Shown: positions 6,179-6,700 of the stretch, one piece after another
How positions within the stretch are numbered: the stretch's first letter is position 1
Layout of the letters: each line of letters begins with the position of its first letter
DNA from: Octopus sinensis
Taxonomy: Eukaryota
DNA: 6,700 nucleotides
NCBI RefSeq assembly: GCF_006345805.1
Contig: NW_021829240.1
Span: 1-6,700, forward strand
Direction: 5' to 3'
The notes under the pieces: generated by a model
Told to the model about the DNA's origin: nothing
The model's database searches: none
The model's input: the letters and a program-made list of their open reading frames with translations, nothing else
Made by a program: the position numbers and the translations under genes

Positions 6179-6247
<69 letters not shown>
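6146..6247. repeat. (TA)n followed by (TAGA)n (~17 copies) microsatellite
   Basis: Directly visible; (TAGA)n spans 6179-6247. Confidence 0.97.
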
Positions 6248-6387
6248 TGATGCGCCAACGCACGAAACTCTGAGCCTTGAGTCACTGTTACTTCTGTTAA
6301 ATATGAATATATATGTTTGTGTGTGTGTGCGTGTATACACATTTGTGTCTATATGACTTCTATATATATATATGGAGAGAAGATAGA

Positions 6388-6574
6388 TACGATGAGCTTT
6401 CCGAATAGTTTCCGTCAGCCAAATTCTTCCAGTTCCTCTTGAAACAAACTATACAAGAAATCCAAAAGCTATAACAGAATATATTCACATGGTCAAAGTG
6501 CCGGGCAGTGAGATCGAAACTCGAAACACGTGGTTTGAGAAGTTAACTTCCCTAAACCTGACAGCAAATACCTG
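6388..6574 (-). mobile_element. Highly decayed tRNA-derived SINE of a second family (possibly octopus CORE-type)
   Basis: The minus strand reads ...AACCACGTGTTTCGAGTTTCGATCTCACTGCCCGGCACTTTGACCATGTG...TTCTGTTATAGC...ATTTGGCTGACGGAAACT...AAAGCTCATCGTA, followed by TA-rich repeats. It has a B-box-like GAGTTTCGATCTC. The family assignment is from recall of an abundant octopus SINE, and there is no second copy in the window. Confidence 0.55.
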
Positions 6575-6641
6575 GTGTTTGTAGTGATAGTAGTTGTAAA
6601 TGTAAATATAGTAGTAATAGTAAAGTAGTCGCCGCAATAAA

Positions 6642-6697
6642 TACCACCACCACACCACCACCACCACCACCACCACCACCACCGCCACCACCACCAT
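6642..6697. repeat. (CCA)n microsatellite
   Basis: Directly visible; it runs almost to the window end. Confidence 0.95.
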
Positions 6698-6700
6698 CAA

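Noticed and set aside
5016-6700. ORFs 5016-5246, 6143-6340 and 6485-6700
   Set aside because: They are short, partly microsatellite-derived, and have no recognisable protein features.

Overview
This is AT-rich, repeat-saturated, non-coding eukaryotic DNA (intronic or intergenic). From memory the SINE families resemble those of octopus/coleoid cephalopods; I have not verified this. I cannot support any protein-coding gene: nearly all supplied ORFs are translations of SINEs, microsatellites or a tandem array, and none is a credible protein. Contents: (1) a young tRNA-derived SINE family that occurs as internally tandem multimers (1-530 +, 3870-4277 - with a 16-bp TSD), plus older relatives (738-926 +, ~2585-2695 -); (2) a 14-unit tandem array (1123-2582) of a near-invariant 75-bp core separated by hypervariable A/(TAAA)n linkers, with a 6-unit higher-order period, which seems to have amplified inside an old SINE copy; (3) about 7 same-orientation decayed copies of an old ~200-300 bp element whose conserved end has a GNRA hairpin and an HDV-ribozyme-like layout on the minus strand; (4) two short non-repetitive islands inside (TA)n tracts; (5) a decayed SINE of a second family (6388-6574 -); (6) many microsatellites, including a ~340-bp (GGT)n tract.
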